Shown in pieces: positions 9,037 to 17,491 of a DNA stretch of 64,000 nucleotides (position 1 is its first letter; each line of letters begins with the position of its first letter). The notes beneath the pieces were generated by a model. It worked only from the letters and a program-made list of their open reading frames with translations, searched no databases and was not told where the DNA came from. The stretch is from the IMG/VR virus record IMGVR_UViG_3300036846_000743, positions 62,001-126,000 of that record, one strand, 5' to 3'. Made by a program: the position numbers and the translations under genes.

Positions 9037-10653
9037 CTACTTGATATCGACCAGGGGGCATCCCTTGAAAGTCTCCTTGTAGAGCGGATGCGCCTTGATC
9101 GAGGTCTTGTCGTCGCCATTCTCCTTCTCGCTGCGGATGTGCGACAGGTGAAACGACGTGCCGATCATGGGCTGCTCGCCATCCACGGCGATCGAGACCC
9201 GGGCCACGTGGGCGTAGAACGGGGCCGCGAACGCGTCGCCACCTATATGCTGCTCAGCCTCGTTCTCGATCTTGAGCACCGAACCAGGGGCAATATCCAG
9301 CCGGAATGGGCCAGAGCACACGGCCTGCCGGGTGCGGAGCTTCTCCAGGGCGTAGTGAGCCTGCGCATACTTCTTGAGGAACGGGTTGATGGCATCGGTC
9401 AGGCGCTTCTTCACGTCGCCCGGCACGTCGTTAACCTTCGGGCCGCCCGGCTGCACGGCAGTGCCAATGGCGTTGCCCTTGGCGCCGGCCGATGCGCTGG
9501 CGTACAGGCTGGGCGAGTAAAGCCTGGCTGTCCAGTCCGGGCCTTGCTTGACGATGATGACGCCCTTGCTGTCGGGATCAGGCTCGAAGTAGCCGCCGAC
9601 GCCGACCGCAGGCGGGGCACCCTGACCGGACTTCAGGGCCCCGGTCGACGCCGAGGCGAAGGCCATGATCCCGACGGCACGCAAGGGCCGGCCAAGTCCG
9701 CGCATCCATTCAACCTGGGTTTCCTCATTGGTCGTGATGGTGAGGTACTGCTCGCGGTAGCCAGCCATGAACGGCGCCGCGATGGCATCCTCAACGCGAG
9801 GCACAATGGAGAAAAGGAACTGGCTACAGAACATGCCGATCAGCATATCCCAGAGCGTCTGATGAGCAATCTGCGAAGCATGCGAGACGCTGCTGGCAAC
9901 CTGGATCCTGATGCTATTGGTGATATCCGCGTCCGTCTTCAGGTCAAGACCCAGCTTCTGCTGGTATGGGCCGCCGAACCGGTTGAGAGCTGCCAACGCC
10001 TGATCGTTCTTGCCGCCGGGCTCGACGGCCCCGCCGGGAACTCTCGCAAAGAAGTTATCCCTGTTGCAGAGCTTCGTGAGAAACTGCTTTACCGCATCAC
10101 CCCAGAAGTCACTCTCGATGGTTGAGCCGTTCACATACTTGTCAGCAAGGGAATAGGAATAGAAGTTAGCGCCACTGTCATCCACCGGACTGATGGCCCC
10201 ATAGGAAAAGTCACCGATATTGGACGGATGACTGCTCTTGGAAAAGACCGAGCTGAAAGCCATCTCCGACAGCCAGTGTTCCATCTGGATGGTGAACTGG
10301 GCGTTCCCCCGGGAGCGGCTGAAGCCGGCCGCCGTGACGAAGCCGTCGAAGATCCTGACTTCATCACCAGAAAGCCCCAGATCGCCCCCTTGCATAGCCG
10401 ATGAGCCGGACTGGCCCAGCGCATTGGGAGTGATGTAGATCTGGCACGGCGCCCGGTTGACGAAGTTCTCGATCAGTGTGTGAACTGGCGATGGCTGGTT
10501 CTTGAAGTCACGACCCACGGCGAGTGTCGCCGACGCCTGGGGGATCGCGTTCAACTCGTAGTCGACATTGCAGCGGACGCAGGGCATCTCCTGGCCGTCG
10601 ACGACGAGCCTGATCCGCGGATCATAACGTGCCCATGGTGCGGTCGACGGCAT
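9037..10653 (-). CDS. Putative baseplate hub protein (gp27/GpD-like, 538 aa)
   Basis: N-terminal VDYELNAIPQASATLAVG and C-terminal GPFRLDIAPGSVLKI...YAHVARVSI fit contractile-tail hub proteins; position after the tape measure. Confidence 0.6.
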   Translation of the reverse strand: MPSTAPWARYDPRIRLVVDGQEMPCVRCNVDYELNAIPQASATLAVGRDFKNQPSPVHTLIENFVNRAPCQIYITPNALGQSGSSAMQGGDLGLSGDEVRIFDGFVTAAGFSRSRGNAQFTIQMEHWLSEMAFSSVFSKSSHPSNIGDFSYGAISPVDDSGANFYSYSLADKYVNGSTIESDFWGDAVKQFLTKLCNRDNFFARVPGGAVEPGGKNDQALAALNRFGGPYQQKLGLDLKTDADITNSIRIQVASSVSHASQIAHQTLWDMLIGMFCSQFLFSIVPRVEDAIAAPFMAGYREQYLTITTNEETQVEWMRGLGRPLRAVGIMAFASASTGALKSGQGAPPAVGVGGYFEPDPDSKGVIIVKQGPDWTARLYSPSLYASASAGAKGNAIGTAVQPGGPKVNDVPGDVKKRLTDAINPFLKKYAQAHYALEKLRTRQAVCSGPFRLDIAPGSVLKIENEAEQHIGGDAFAAPFYAHVARVSIAVDGEQPMIGTSFHLSHIRSEKENGDDKTSIKAHPLYKETFKGCPLVDIK

Positions 10654-11438
10654 CAGCTGACCTTCCTGCGTACTTCGTCAGTCCGGGCTGCCACCGCCAG
10701 GAGCACTGCCCCCAGGCGATATGGCAGCGGCTGATCGGAATGCCAGAGATTGCTCCAGGTGGTGTACGGCTCCGCGGTGGCACCACCGAAGAGCCCACCC
10801 AGGATGTTGGCGCCAGCCACGCCGAAGTCGGCAGCGACCTGGCCCGGGTCCTTGGCGGGTGCCGCCAGGCAGTCAACGATCCAGGTAGCCCCGGCGGGGA
10901 TGCCGGCATTGAAGCGAGCCAGAAGCGGCGAGCCGTCCAGGGGAAACTCGGTCGAGAGCCCGCTGACGTAGCTGATCTGGTGCTCGGCATAGCCCTGGCT
11001 CGGGCTCCGTCGGGTCACGGCAACTGCCGGCCCGCCGATGAGCTTGACCTGCCACGAGAACGTCATCCGCCCGTCGATAGCCAGCGGCCGGTCGCCAATG
11101 ACATAGAGTGTGTAACCGTTTCCAACTGCCTGAACAGACGGCGCGAAGTCGAAGTCGGCCATGGCACGGTCGCCAGGCGTGTAGGTGATCCGCGGGTCCT
11201 GGACGGTGACGAACTCCGCCAGTTCGGTCGCGTGCAGCATCGCCATGTACTGACGGAGCCGGTAGTCGAGCATCGCGGCATCTGCGCGGGGCCCGAACAG
11301 GAGACTGCGCGCCTGCTGAAGGTATAGCGGGAGAGCCACCGTCTGGAAGGACGGCGGGACGTACTCACCCATGAGCGTTGTGGCCGATGCCGGCAAGTTC
11401 AGCAGGAGTGTTCGCACGTGATTGACCACTGTTATCAT
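10653..11438 (-). CDS. Hypothetical tail/baseplate protein (261 aa)
   Basis: Coupled ORF within the tail operon. Confidence 0.6.
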   Translation of the reverse strand: MITVVNHVRTLLLNLPASATTLMGEYVPPSFQTVALPLYLQQARSLLFGPRADAAMLDYRLRQYMAMLHATELAEFVTVQDPRITYTPGDRAMADFDFAPSVQAVGNGYTLYVIGDRPLAIDGRMTFSWQVKLIGGPAVAVTRRSPSQGYAEHQISYVSGLSTEFPLDGSPLLARFNAGIPAGATWIVDCLAAPAKDPGQVAADFGVAGANILGGLFGGATAEPYTTWSNLWHSDQPLPYRLGAVLLAVAARTDEVRRKVS

Positions 11439-11911
11439 CCCGACTTGGAGCTGGGCAGCGCGTGGAACTGCATACCGAACTGGACCAGTCTCGCTTCGGG
11501 GCGAGAGATATCGACATTCAGTTCAGTAAGGAAGCCGCGGAAGCGGCCGTTGTTGCTCGTGCCGATGGCGATCGAGATCGGATCCGCCCTGGCCTCGAGC
11601 CGGTTGGCCTCGTAATACGCCAGCAATGCTTCCACGCCAGTGCCACCCTGGCACAGCCGGGTAAAGGCCATACCGCTGGTGCGAAGCTGGCCGATCCGCT
11701 CGCCGAAGCTGTAGACATAGATCAGGTCCTTGAGGGTGTGCAGGAACTGATAATTGCCGGCTCGCTGGACGGCCAGCTCACAGAGAATGACGCCTCCTGC
11801 GCCACCGGCTGCGTTGAAGCCGTCGATGGTCAGGCGGAACGGATTCTCGTCGTCGGTGGTCGTGTTGAGTACCGTGACGATGCCCGGCCTGTTATTGAAG
11901 ATCTCGGCCAT
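11435..11911 (-). CDS. Tube-like tail initiator protein (158 aa)
   Basis: IYVYSFGERIGQLRTSG parallels TYYVGGRTQGNMTVG in the tube protein at 20231..20794; lies immediately after the tape measure. Confidence 0.55.
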   Translation of the reverse strand: MAEIFNNRPGIVTVLNTTTDDENPFRLTIDGFNAAGGAGGVILCELAVQRAGNYQFLHTLKDLIYVYSFGERIGQLRTSGMAFTRLCQGGTGVEALLAYYEANRLEARADPISIAIGTSNNGRFRGFLTELNVDISRPEARLVQFGMQFHALPSSKSG

Positions 11912-11913
11912 TA

Positions 11914-14900
11914 CTAACTTCCAGCAACAGGTGTCGTGTTCATGCTCCCACTGCCAGTAATTACAGCCCTGTTATCAGCAGTGAGTATCAATTCGCCTTT
12001 CATATCCAGCTGACCTCCTCCCGTTGTTGCCTGCTTGTTGGCCGCCTCGGCCGCTATGGCCGACTTGATCTGCGTATCACTCTGCTCGACCGCCTCAGTG
12101 ATCGTCCGCATCGAACTGAAGCCCATCAGCTCGCCGGCTTCTGCGACGAGTCCCTCGGCGCCCTTTGACTTCTTGAGTTCTTCCATGCTGATGCCAGTGA
12201 CTTGGGCGATGTTCTTGAGAGCCTTCCGGGCATCGATCTTCTTCTGCAAGGCATATCGCTTCTGTGCGGACTCGGGCCCTTCGCCCAGGACGTCTTTCAG
12301 CCTGGCCTCTTCCGCCTCGTCGCCCATGATCCCCATCTCACGAACCATGCTGGAGATGATCGCCTTGTTCTTGTCCGTGTCAGTCTGCGTCTGCTCGGCG
12401 AAGTACTCGGTCCATTCCTTCTTCTCGGCCTCCGGCATGGGCGTGCGCTTGTCGGCCGGCAACTGCATCCGCTCGGCCATCCAGTCGCGATCTCCGGTAT
12501 TGGCCTTCTCGAGCGCACGGACCTCGTCGCCAATTCCCTCCATGCCCTTGGGCAGCACGGCCGTACCCGCCAGGATGTCTTCCACACTCACCTTTGCTTT
12601 GGCGGCAAGACGAGCCATCTCGTCGTACCTACCCTTGATCGCCTTTGCCTTGGCGAAAGAACCTGCTCCGGCGCCTTCCAGCGAGCCCAGGTTCCCGAGC
12701 ATGTAGTTACTCGCCTGACGGCCAAGATCGTAACTGGCCTTAGCGTGCCGCTTGCGAATCGCGATCGCTTCGTCGCGCGCGGCCCCTTTCTCGCTGGGTA
12801 TGGCCGTCTTGCGTGCTTCGTCCAGCTCTTTCGTACGGGCTGATGCTTCGACCAGGTCCCGCGCACCAATCTTGGCCTTGAGGTCGATACCAGCCGCATC
12901 CCCCTGGACAGTCAGGCCACCGGTCAACTCGCCAAGCTGCTTGAGCCTTTCCCGATCGGCGGCAAAACGTGCGTCCTTCATTCTCGGATCGTCATCCATC
13001 TTGCCTTCCCGGATCAGATCGAAGTCCTTGTCCTCGAAGCCCATCTTCTTGTAGATCTCGTTCTGATCCCTGCGGATCTTCTCCTTGTCGGCAGCGCCGC
13101 CGGCAGTCGTGAAATATCCAACTCGCTTGCGCAATTCATCCGAGATGCCCTTGGTGGCAGGATCGAGGACCCGCTGCCTGGCAGCCTGGAATGCGGCCTC
13201 GTCGGCACCTTTGGCGAGAACACCGGCATCTTCCAGCACGCCTCTCAGTCGTTGCCTGGCCGTATCGCCGCCCTGCTGGATCGCCTCGATATCCCCCGTG
13301 ATCTCCCTGAGCCTGTTCGTCTTCTGCTCTGGTGTCAGCTTGGCATTGCCCTGGACTTCCCGGAATTGCTGCACTGACTCGACCAGGGCCTGCGACAGGA
13401 CGTTCAGCTTCTTCTTGGCTCCGAGCCCGCCTTCGGCTTCGAGCGCATTGACGTCGACCTTACCCAGACTCTTCAGGATGTCTTCCGGATTCACGCCGCC
13501 CATGACCTTCGCGACCGCCGCGCCCAGGTTCGGCGACGGCTGCTGGAACTCGTCCATCAAGCGTGCCAGCCATGGGGCCTGCGCCATACCGCCCAGTGCC
13601 GTGCGCAGCGCCACCTCGGCCTGTCGCTCTTCGCCGATGACCCGGGTGCGCTCCCGCACCTCCGGCCTGTTCAGGTCACGAACAGCAGCCCAGCTGGCAT
13701 AGCCGTATGGCGCTTCGATAACCCGCTGCGCGAGCAGGCCGGTGACACCCGCAGCCATCGTGCCAAACTTTCCCGCCGGGAACATGCTGTTGAACTGGGC
13801 GTTGGCCTGATCATCGGTCATCCCCGGATTCGTAGCCTTGAGCTGAGCCACCACAGACTCGCGGGCCGCGGTCCGCATGTTCGTATCGCGCTTCTTCATG
13901 TCAAGCCAGTCGGCCTGCGACATGTTCATTGCGGAGGTTGTCATGGCCAGGGTGGCATTCCTGGCGATATCTCGTCTCCGGTCCACATCCATGCCGGGAG
14001 CAGTCTCTTGCAGCTGGTTCAGAACAACGCCCTGAGTCTCCAGCGCCAGCAGCCCTGCGAGTTCTTCACCCTGTCGCGGCCGCACGAGATTCTGCCCGAT
14101 GTTGAACCGGTCGATGAACTCACGGTTGGCAGCCGGGGCCCGCAGATAGGCCCGCGCCATCGCCGGATCGACCTTGCTCGCCTGCATGAGCTGGAACCAC
14201 CGCTCCTCGGTCACATCCAGCGACTCTTGCTCGCCGCGCTCATTGATGAACGTCCTCGCGCCTGGCGTCCTGATCGCCTTCATCAGGTTTGCCAGCGGCC
14301 CCTGGACATTGCCCTGGCCAAGGCCGCGTTCCTGCGCCTCGAAGAGCCGGGCGGTGGCGCCCAGGCGATTGGCCATCGGCGAAGCCGCCGCGTTGAGCTG
14401 AAGCTCCCGCTCCATGATCGACAGCTCTTCGCGGCTGCGCCGGCCCCAACCTCCCAGGTCGCCTTCACCAACCTGACCGTAAGCAGCGCCGAATTCGGCA
14501 GCGGCCTGCGATGCGCGCAGACCGAAGATGGGCTCTATGCCCCGCGCCCTGGCCGAGGCGGCGCCGCCGGCCGCAAACGCCTCGAACGCCTGCATTCCCA
14601 GGCCACTGCTGCGGGCGATGACCTGGGTCGTGCGCACGGTCCGCTCCAGCTGCGCCGGGTTCATCGTCGCCAGGCCGCCCTGGGTCAGCTTGTCGAGACC
14701 GTCGATCAGCTCCTTCATCGGCGCGTTGGGCCGGCCGATATCACCGAAGATCTCCCGCATCGCCGACACGGCACCTGCCATGTCCTTGAGCCGGTTGCCG
14801 ACGCGATTGGCGTCGAACCCACGCAGAAGTGCGTCGAACTGGTTCGGAGTCTCCCGCTGAAGCGCCTCTACCGTTTGCCTGGCAAGCCCCGGGGCCGCAG

Positions 14901-15780
14901 CCAGCTGGCGAACCTGCTCATTGCCGGCGGCCGCGGCAGCAGCAGGCGTTGCGGCAAGGAGTGCGGCGAACCGTTCCGGATCACGCTGGCGGATCAGCCG
15001 GTACATGTCTTCGCGGCCGGCAGCCGTGCCGGTCAGCTCTTCGAACTGTCTGGCCCTGGACATGGTGCCGATCGATCTGCCCATCACTCCGTGAGCTTGA
15101 AGCTCGTCATACATGGCGCCGGCCTGGCCGGCAGTGATGCCACGCCAGGCGGCCAGGTCGGCACCCTCACCGAAGAACCGCCGGTGCATCTCGGCAGCCA
15201 GCGTGCCGGCCGATGCGCCCGACAGTCCGGTGCGGCCAGTCGTCGGATCCACGGCCTGGAGGCCGGCGCGGTGCAGAAACGAGGACATGACCGTCGCCGA
15301 ACCCCGGATGCCATGCGCGGCATCGAATACCTCGGGCATCGCCATGGCAAAGAACGGCGCCATCGTCGCCATGTCGCCGGCCATGACGTTGGCCGAGCGC
15401 TGCTGTTCCAGCCCCCAGGGCGTACCCTGCATCTGACCAATGCCGCGGATGATCCGGACATAAGTCTCGCGATCGGCCTGGGAAGCAGTCTGCATGGCCA
15501 GCTGCTTGCCCTGCCAGTATTGCTTGGCGCGATGCTGATCGTAGAAGCTCTGCACGGGCGCGAACTGGGCCGGCATCATGCCGCCGTGCCCGAAAAAGGA
15601 GCTGATCAGCGGCTGGAGCAGCATCGGGACGAGCGGGTTCGCCATGATCCCGCCGCCAAAGCCCTCGCCGATATTGAGATCAAGGCGCTGCTGAGGCTCG
15701 AGATTCGCACTGCCCCACATCCCGCGATACGTGAGGAGTTCTTGCCGCAGCTGTTCCTGATCCATGCCGACTGCCATCAA
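11914..15780 (-). CDS. Tape measure protein (1288 aa)
   Basis: Long Ala/Gly/Met-rich helical ORF directly after two chaperone-like genes and before the hub/baseplate genes. Confidence 0.75.
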   Translation of the reverse strand: MMAVGMDQEQLRQELLTYRGMWGSANLEPQQRLDLNIGEGFGGGIMANPLVPMLLQPLISSFFGHGGMMPAQFAPVQSFYDQHRAKQYWQGKQLAMQTASQADRETYVRIIRGIGQMQGTPWGLEQQRSANVMAGDMATMAPFFAMAMPEVFDAAHGIRGSATVMSSFLHRAGLQAVDPTTGRTGLSGASAGTLAAEMHRRFFGEGADLAAWRGITAGQAGAMYDELQAHGVMGRSIGTMSRARQFEELTGTAAGREDMYRLIRQRDPERFAALLAATPAAAAAAGNEQVRQLAAAPGLARQTVEALQRETPNQFDALLRGFDANRVGNRLKDMAGAVSAMREIFGDIGRPNAPMKELIDGLDKLTQGGLATMNPAQLERTVRTTQVIARSSGLGMQAFEAFAAGGAASARARGIEPIFGLRASQAAAEFGAAYGQVGEGDLGGWGRRSREELSIMERELQLNAAASPMANRLGATARLFEAQERGLGQGNVQGPLANLMKAIRTPGARTFINERGEQESLDVTEERWFQLMQASKVDPAMARAYLRAPAANREFIDRFNIGQNLVRPRQGEELAGLLALETQGVVLNQLQETAPGMDVDRRRDIARNATLAMTTSAMNMSQADWLDMKKRDTNMRTAARESVVAQLKATNPGMTDDQANAQFNSMFPAGKFGTMAAGVTGLLAQRVIEAPYGYASWAAVRDLNRPEVRERTRVIGEERQAEVALRTALGGMAQAPWLARLMDEFQQPSPNLGAAVAKVMGGVNPEDILKSLGKVDVNALEAEGGLGAKKKLNVLSQALVESVQQFREVQGNAKLTPEQKTNRLREITGDIEAIQQGGDTARQRLRGVLEDAGVLAKGADEAAFQAARQRVLDPATKGISDELRKRVGYFTTAGGAADKEKIRRDQNEIYKKMGFEDKDFDLIREGKMDDDPRMKDARFAADRERLKQLGELTGGLTVQGDAAGIDLKAKIGARDLVEASARTKELDEARKTAIPSEKGAARDEAIAIRKRHAKASYDLGRQASNYMLGNLGSLEGAGAGSFAKAKAIKGRYDEMARLAAKAKVSVEDILAGTAVLPKGMEGIGDEVRALEKANTGDRDWMAERMQLPADKRTPMPEAEKKEWTEYFAEQTQTDTDKNKAIISSMVREMGIMGDEAEEARLKDVLGEGPESAQKRYALQKKIDARKALKNIAQVTGISMEELKKSKGAEGLVAEAGELMGFSSMRTITEAVEQSDTQIKSAIAAEAANKQATTGGGQLDMKGELILTADNRAVITGSGSMNTTPVAGS

Positions 15781-16238
15781 CCCCTCCCCTTCCGTGGGCT
15801 TCCCGCTCCTACGTCTACCTGTCTGACTCGCCGGGGCTGCTGCCGGACGCTATTCCTGAGCCACTCTGCCGTCTCATTGATCCGCCGCTGGGTCTCAGGA
15901 TCATCCAGCTTGCCGAACCAGGACTCCCAGGCTTCACGCAACTTGACAGCTTGCTGCTTTCGTACCTCCTCGCGACTCACTTCGAGCCACGGGAACAAGA
16001 GCTTGATGATGCTGGTGATTCGCGTTTCCGAGTCGTCCAGTAAAAGTTCGGTTGACTCCTTCGTTAGGTTGGAGCGACTCAACATCGCCAGGATCCGGTC
16101 ATTGTACAGGCGATAGCACTCCTTGAGGTTCTGTCGCTCCAGCTGGTCCAGGATCAGGCGCAGGTACCGCCACCACTTGGGATCACGGGGATCGGCCCTA
16201 CCGAAGTCTATGACCCCGGCGGCGGCAGCCTGCACCAT
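15777..16238 (-). CDS. Putative tail assembly chaperone (153 aa)
   Basis: Charged helical protein just upstream of the tape measure; TGATG and ATGA overlaps. Confidence 0.5.
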   Translation of the reverse strand: MVQAAAAGVIDFGRADPRDPKWWRYLRLILDQLERQNLKECYRLYNDRILAMLSRSNLTKESTELLLDDSETRITSIIKLLFPWLEVSREEVRKQQAVKLREAWESWFGKLDDPETQRRINETAEWLRNSVRQQPRRVRQVDVGAGSPRKGRG

Positions 16239-17482
16239 CAGAGCTGCGGATCGATCCCTTGCCAGAAAGACTCCTCGTCCGCGTTGGCTGAGAGCTTCTC
16301 ACACATCCGTTGAAACCGCATGAAACCTTGCCCGACTGCTCGCCGCACGCTCTCGCTGTGCAGCACGTTAGTCAGCAAGTGCCCGAGCAGCGCCGGTAAT
16401 GGAGTGGGACTGTCATCGTCAGAGTCGATATCCTCAAGATCGACGCCTTCGTAGACGCGCCCCACGTTCTTGATGTCGATGAAGCCGATGCACTGGGCCA
16501 TTCGATAGTCCATCAGCCGCTGCAACCACTCGCCGTCACCAACAATCCGACTCTTGCGAATATCATCGGCGATCTGGGTCAACGCGGCATCGGCCTCATT
16601 ACCGGTCAGCTCGCGGTAGCCAACCTTGACGAACCCGCCCAGCATCGCGCCCTCGCGCTCGAAACGGTGACCTGGTCCGGCCAGGGCAGCCATCAGGTAG
16701 GCCCGCTTGTCCTCATCGTCAGGCTCGGTTGGATCATGTCTCGTCAGTTCCCAGCCGCAGTGCGGACAATTCGTGATACCGGCTGCCCCGGTGCTCGAGA
16801 GTTCGCCGATCGGCGGCGGGCCCGGCATGGACGGCTCTGGCTCCGGCGGCTTCTGTAGTTCTGGTTTACGCCAGCCTGATGGCTTGGGCTGTCCCGGCGG
16901 GTCCGATCGCGGCCAGCCTGCCTGCCTGGGCCTTGGTGACGGCTCTGCGCTTGCCTGCGCTGACTGATCGGGCGGCGGTCGATCATCGACGACGGCAAAG
17001 CCTGGCTGGCCCCGCGAGGCAGTGTCGGCAACCTTGATCGCACTGGCAACACCAGGAGGCAGGCCGCCGGCAGCTATCTGCTCCGCGGTGAATTGCTGCT
17101 GAAAGGCGGCAGCCTTTTCGAGCGCCTCGCGCAGCTCCTTCTGCTTGGCGGCAGGAAGCGTGCTGATGTCAACGGGCTTGGGCACCTGCAAGGGGGGCGT
17201 GTCGGCAGGCACTGGCAGAACAGTGCTGCTGGCGACAGCCTCCCTCCGGGCAGCCGCGATCACCTCGGCGGCATTGCCTGGAACCGGCATGCCTTTGCCC
17301 CAGCCGATCGACTCCAGTTGCTGCCGTTCAAACGGGGTCATGTACTTCGGGTCCAAGACCTGACCCGGCTGGAAAAGAACAGGCGCCAGCGTGTCCTCGA
17401 GCGTGGGCGAAAGCGTCGCGGCCGCCGGCTGTGCGGGCTGTGGAATATGTCTGCGCAGGTCAAGTTTCTTCTTTTCAGTCAT
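16238..17482 (-). CDS. Putative tail assembly chaperone/hub assembly protein with Pro-rich N-half and CxxC (414 aa)
   Basis: Pro-rich linker followed by NCPHCGW; position between spike and tape measure. Confidence 0.5.
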   Translation of the reverse strand: MTEKKKLDLRRHIPQPAQPAAATLSPTLEDTLAPVLFQPGQVLDPKYMTPFERQQLESIGWGKGMPVPGNAAEVIAAARREAVASSTVLPVPADTPPLQVPKPVDISTLPAAKQKELREALEKAAAFQQQFTAEQIAAGGLPPGVASAIKVADTASRGQPGFAVVDDRPPPDQSAQASAEPSPRPRQAGWPRSDPPGQPKPSGWRKPELQKPPEPEPSMPGPPPIGELSSTGAAGITNCPHCGWELTRHDPTEPDDEDKRAYLMAALAGPGHRFEREGAMLGGFVKVGYRELTGNEADAALTQIADDIRKSRIVGDGEWLQRLMDYRMAQCIGFIDIKNVGRVYEGVDLEDIDSDDDSPTPLPALLGHLLTNVLHSESVRRAVGQGFMRFQRMCEKLSANADEESFWQGIDPQL

Positions 17483-17491
17483 GCTTGATCC

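Noticed and set aside
16200-16330. G/GT-type -1 frameshift between the two chaperone-like genes before the tape measure
   Set aside because: The frames are compatible, but I see no X XXY YYZ slippery heptamer; the TGATG overlap explains coupling.
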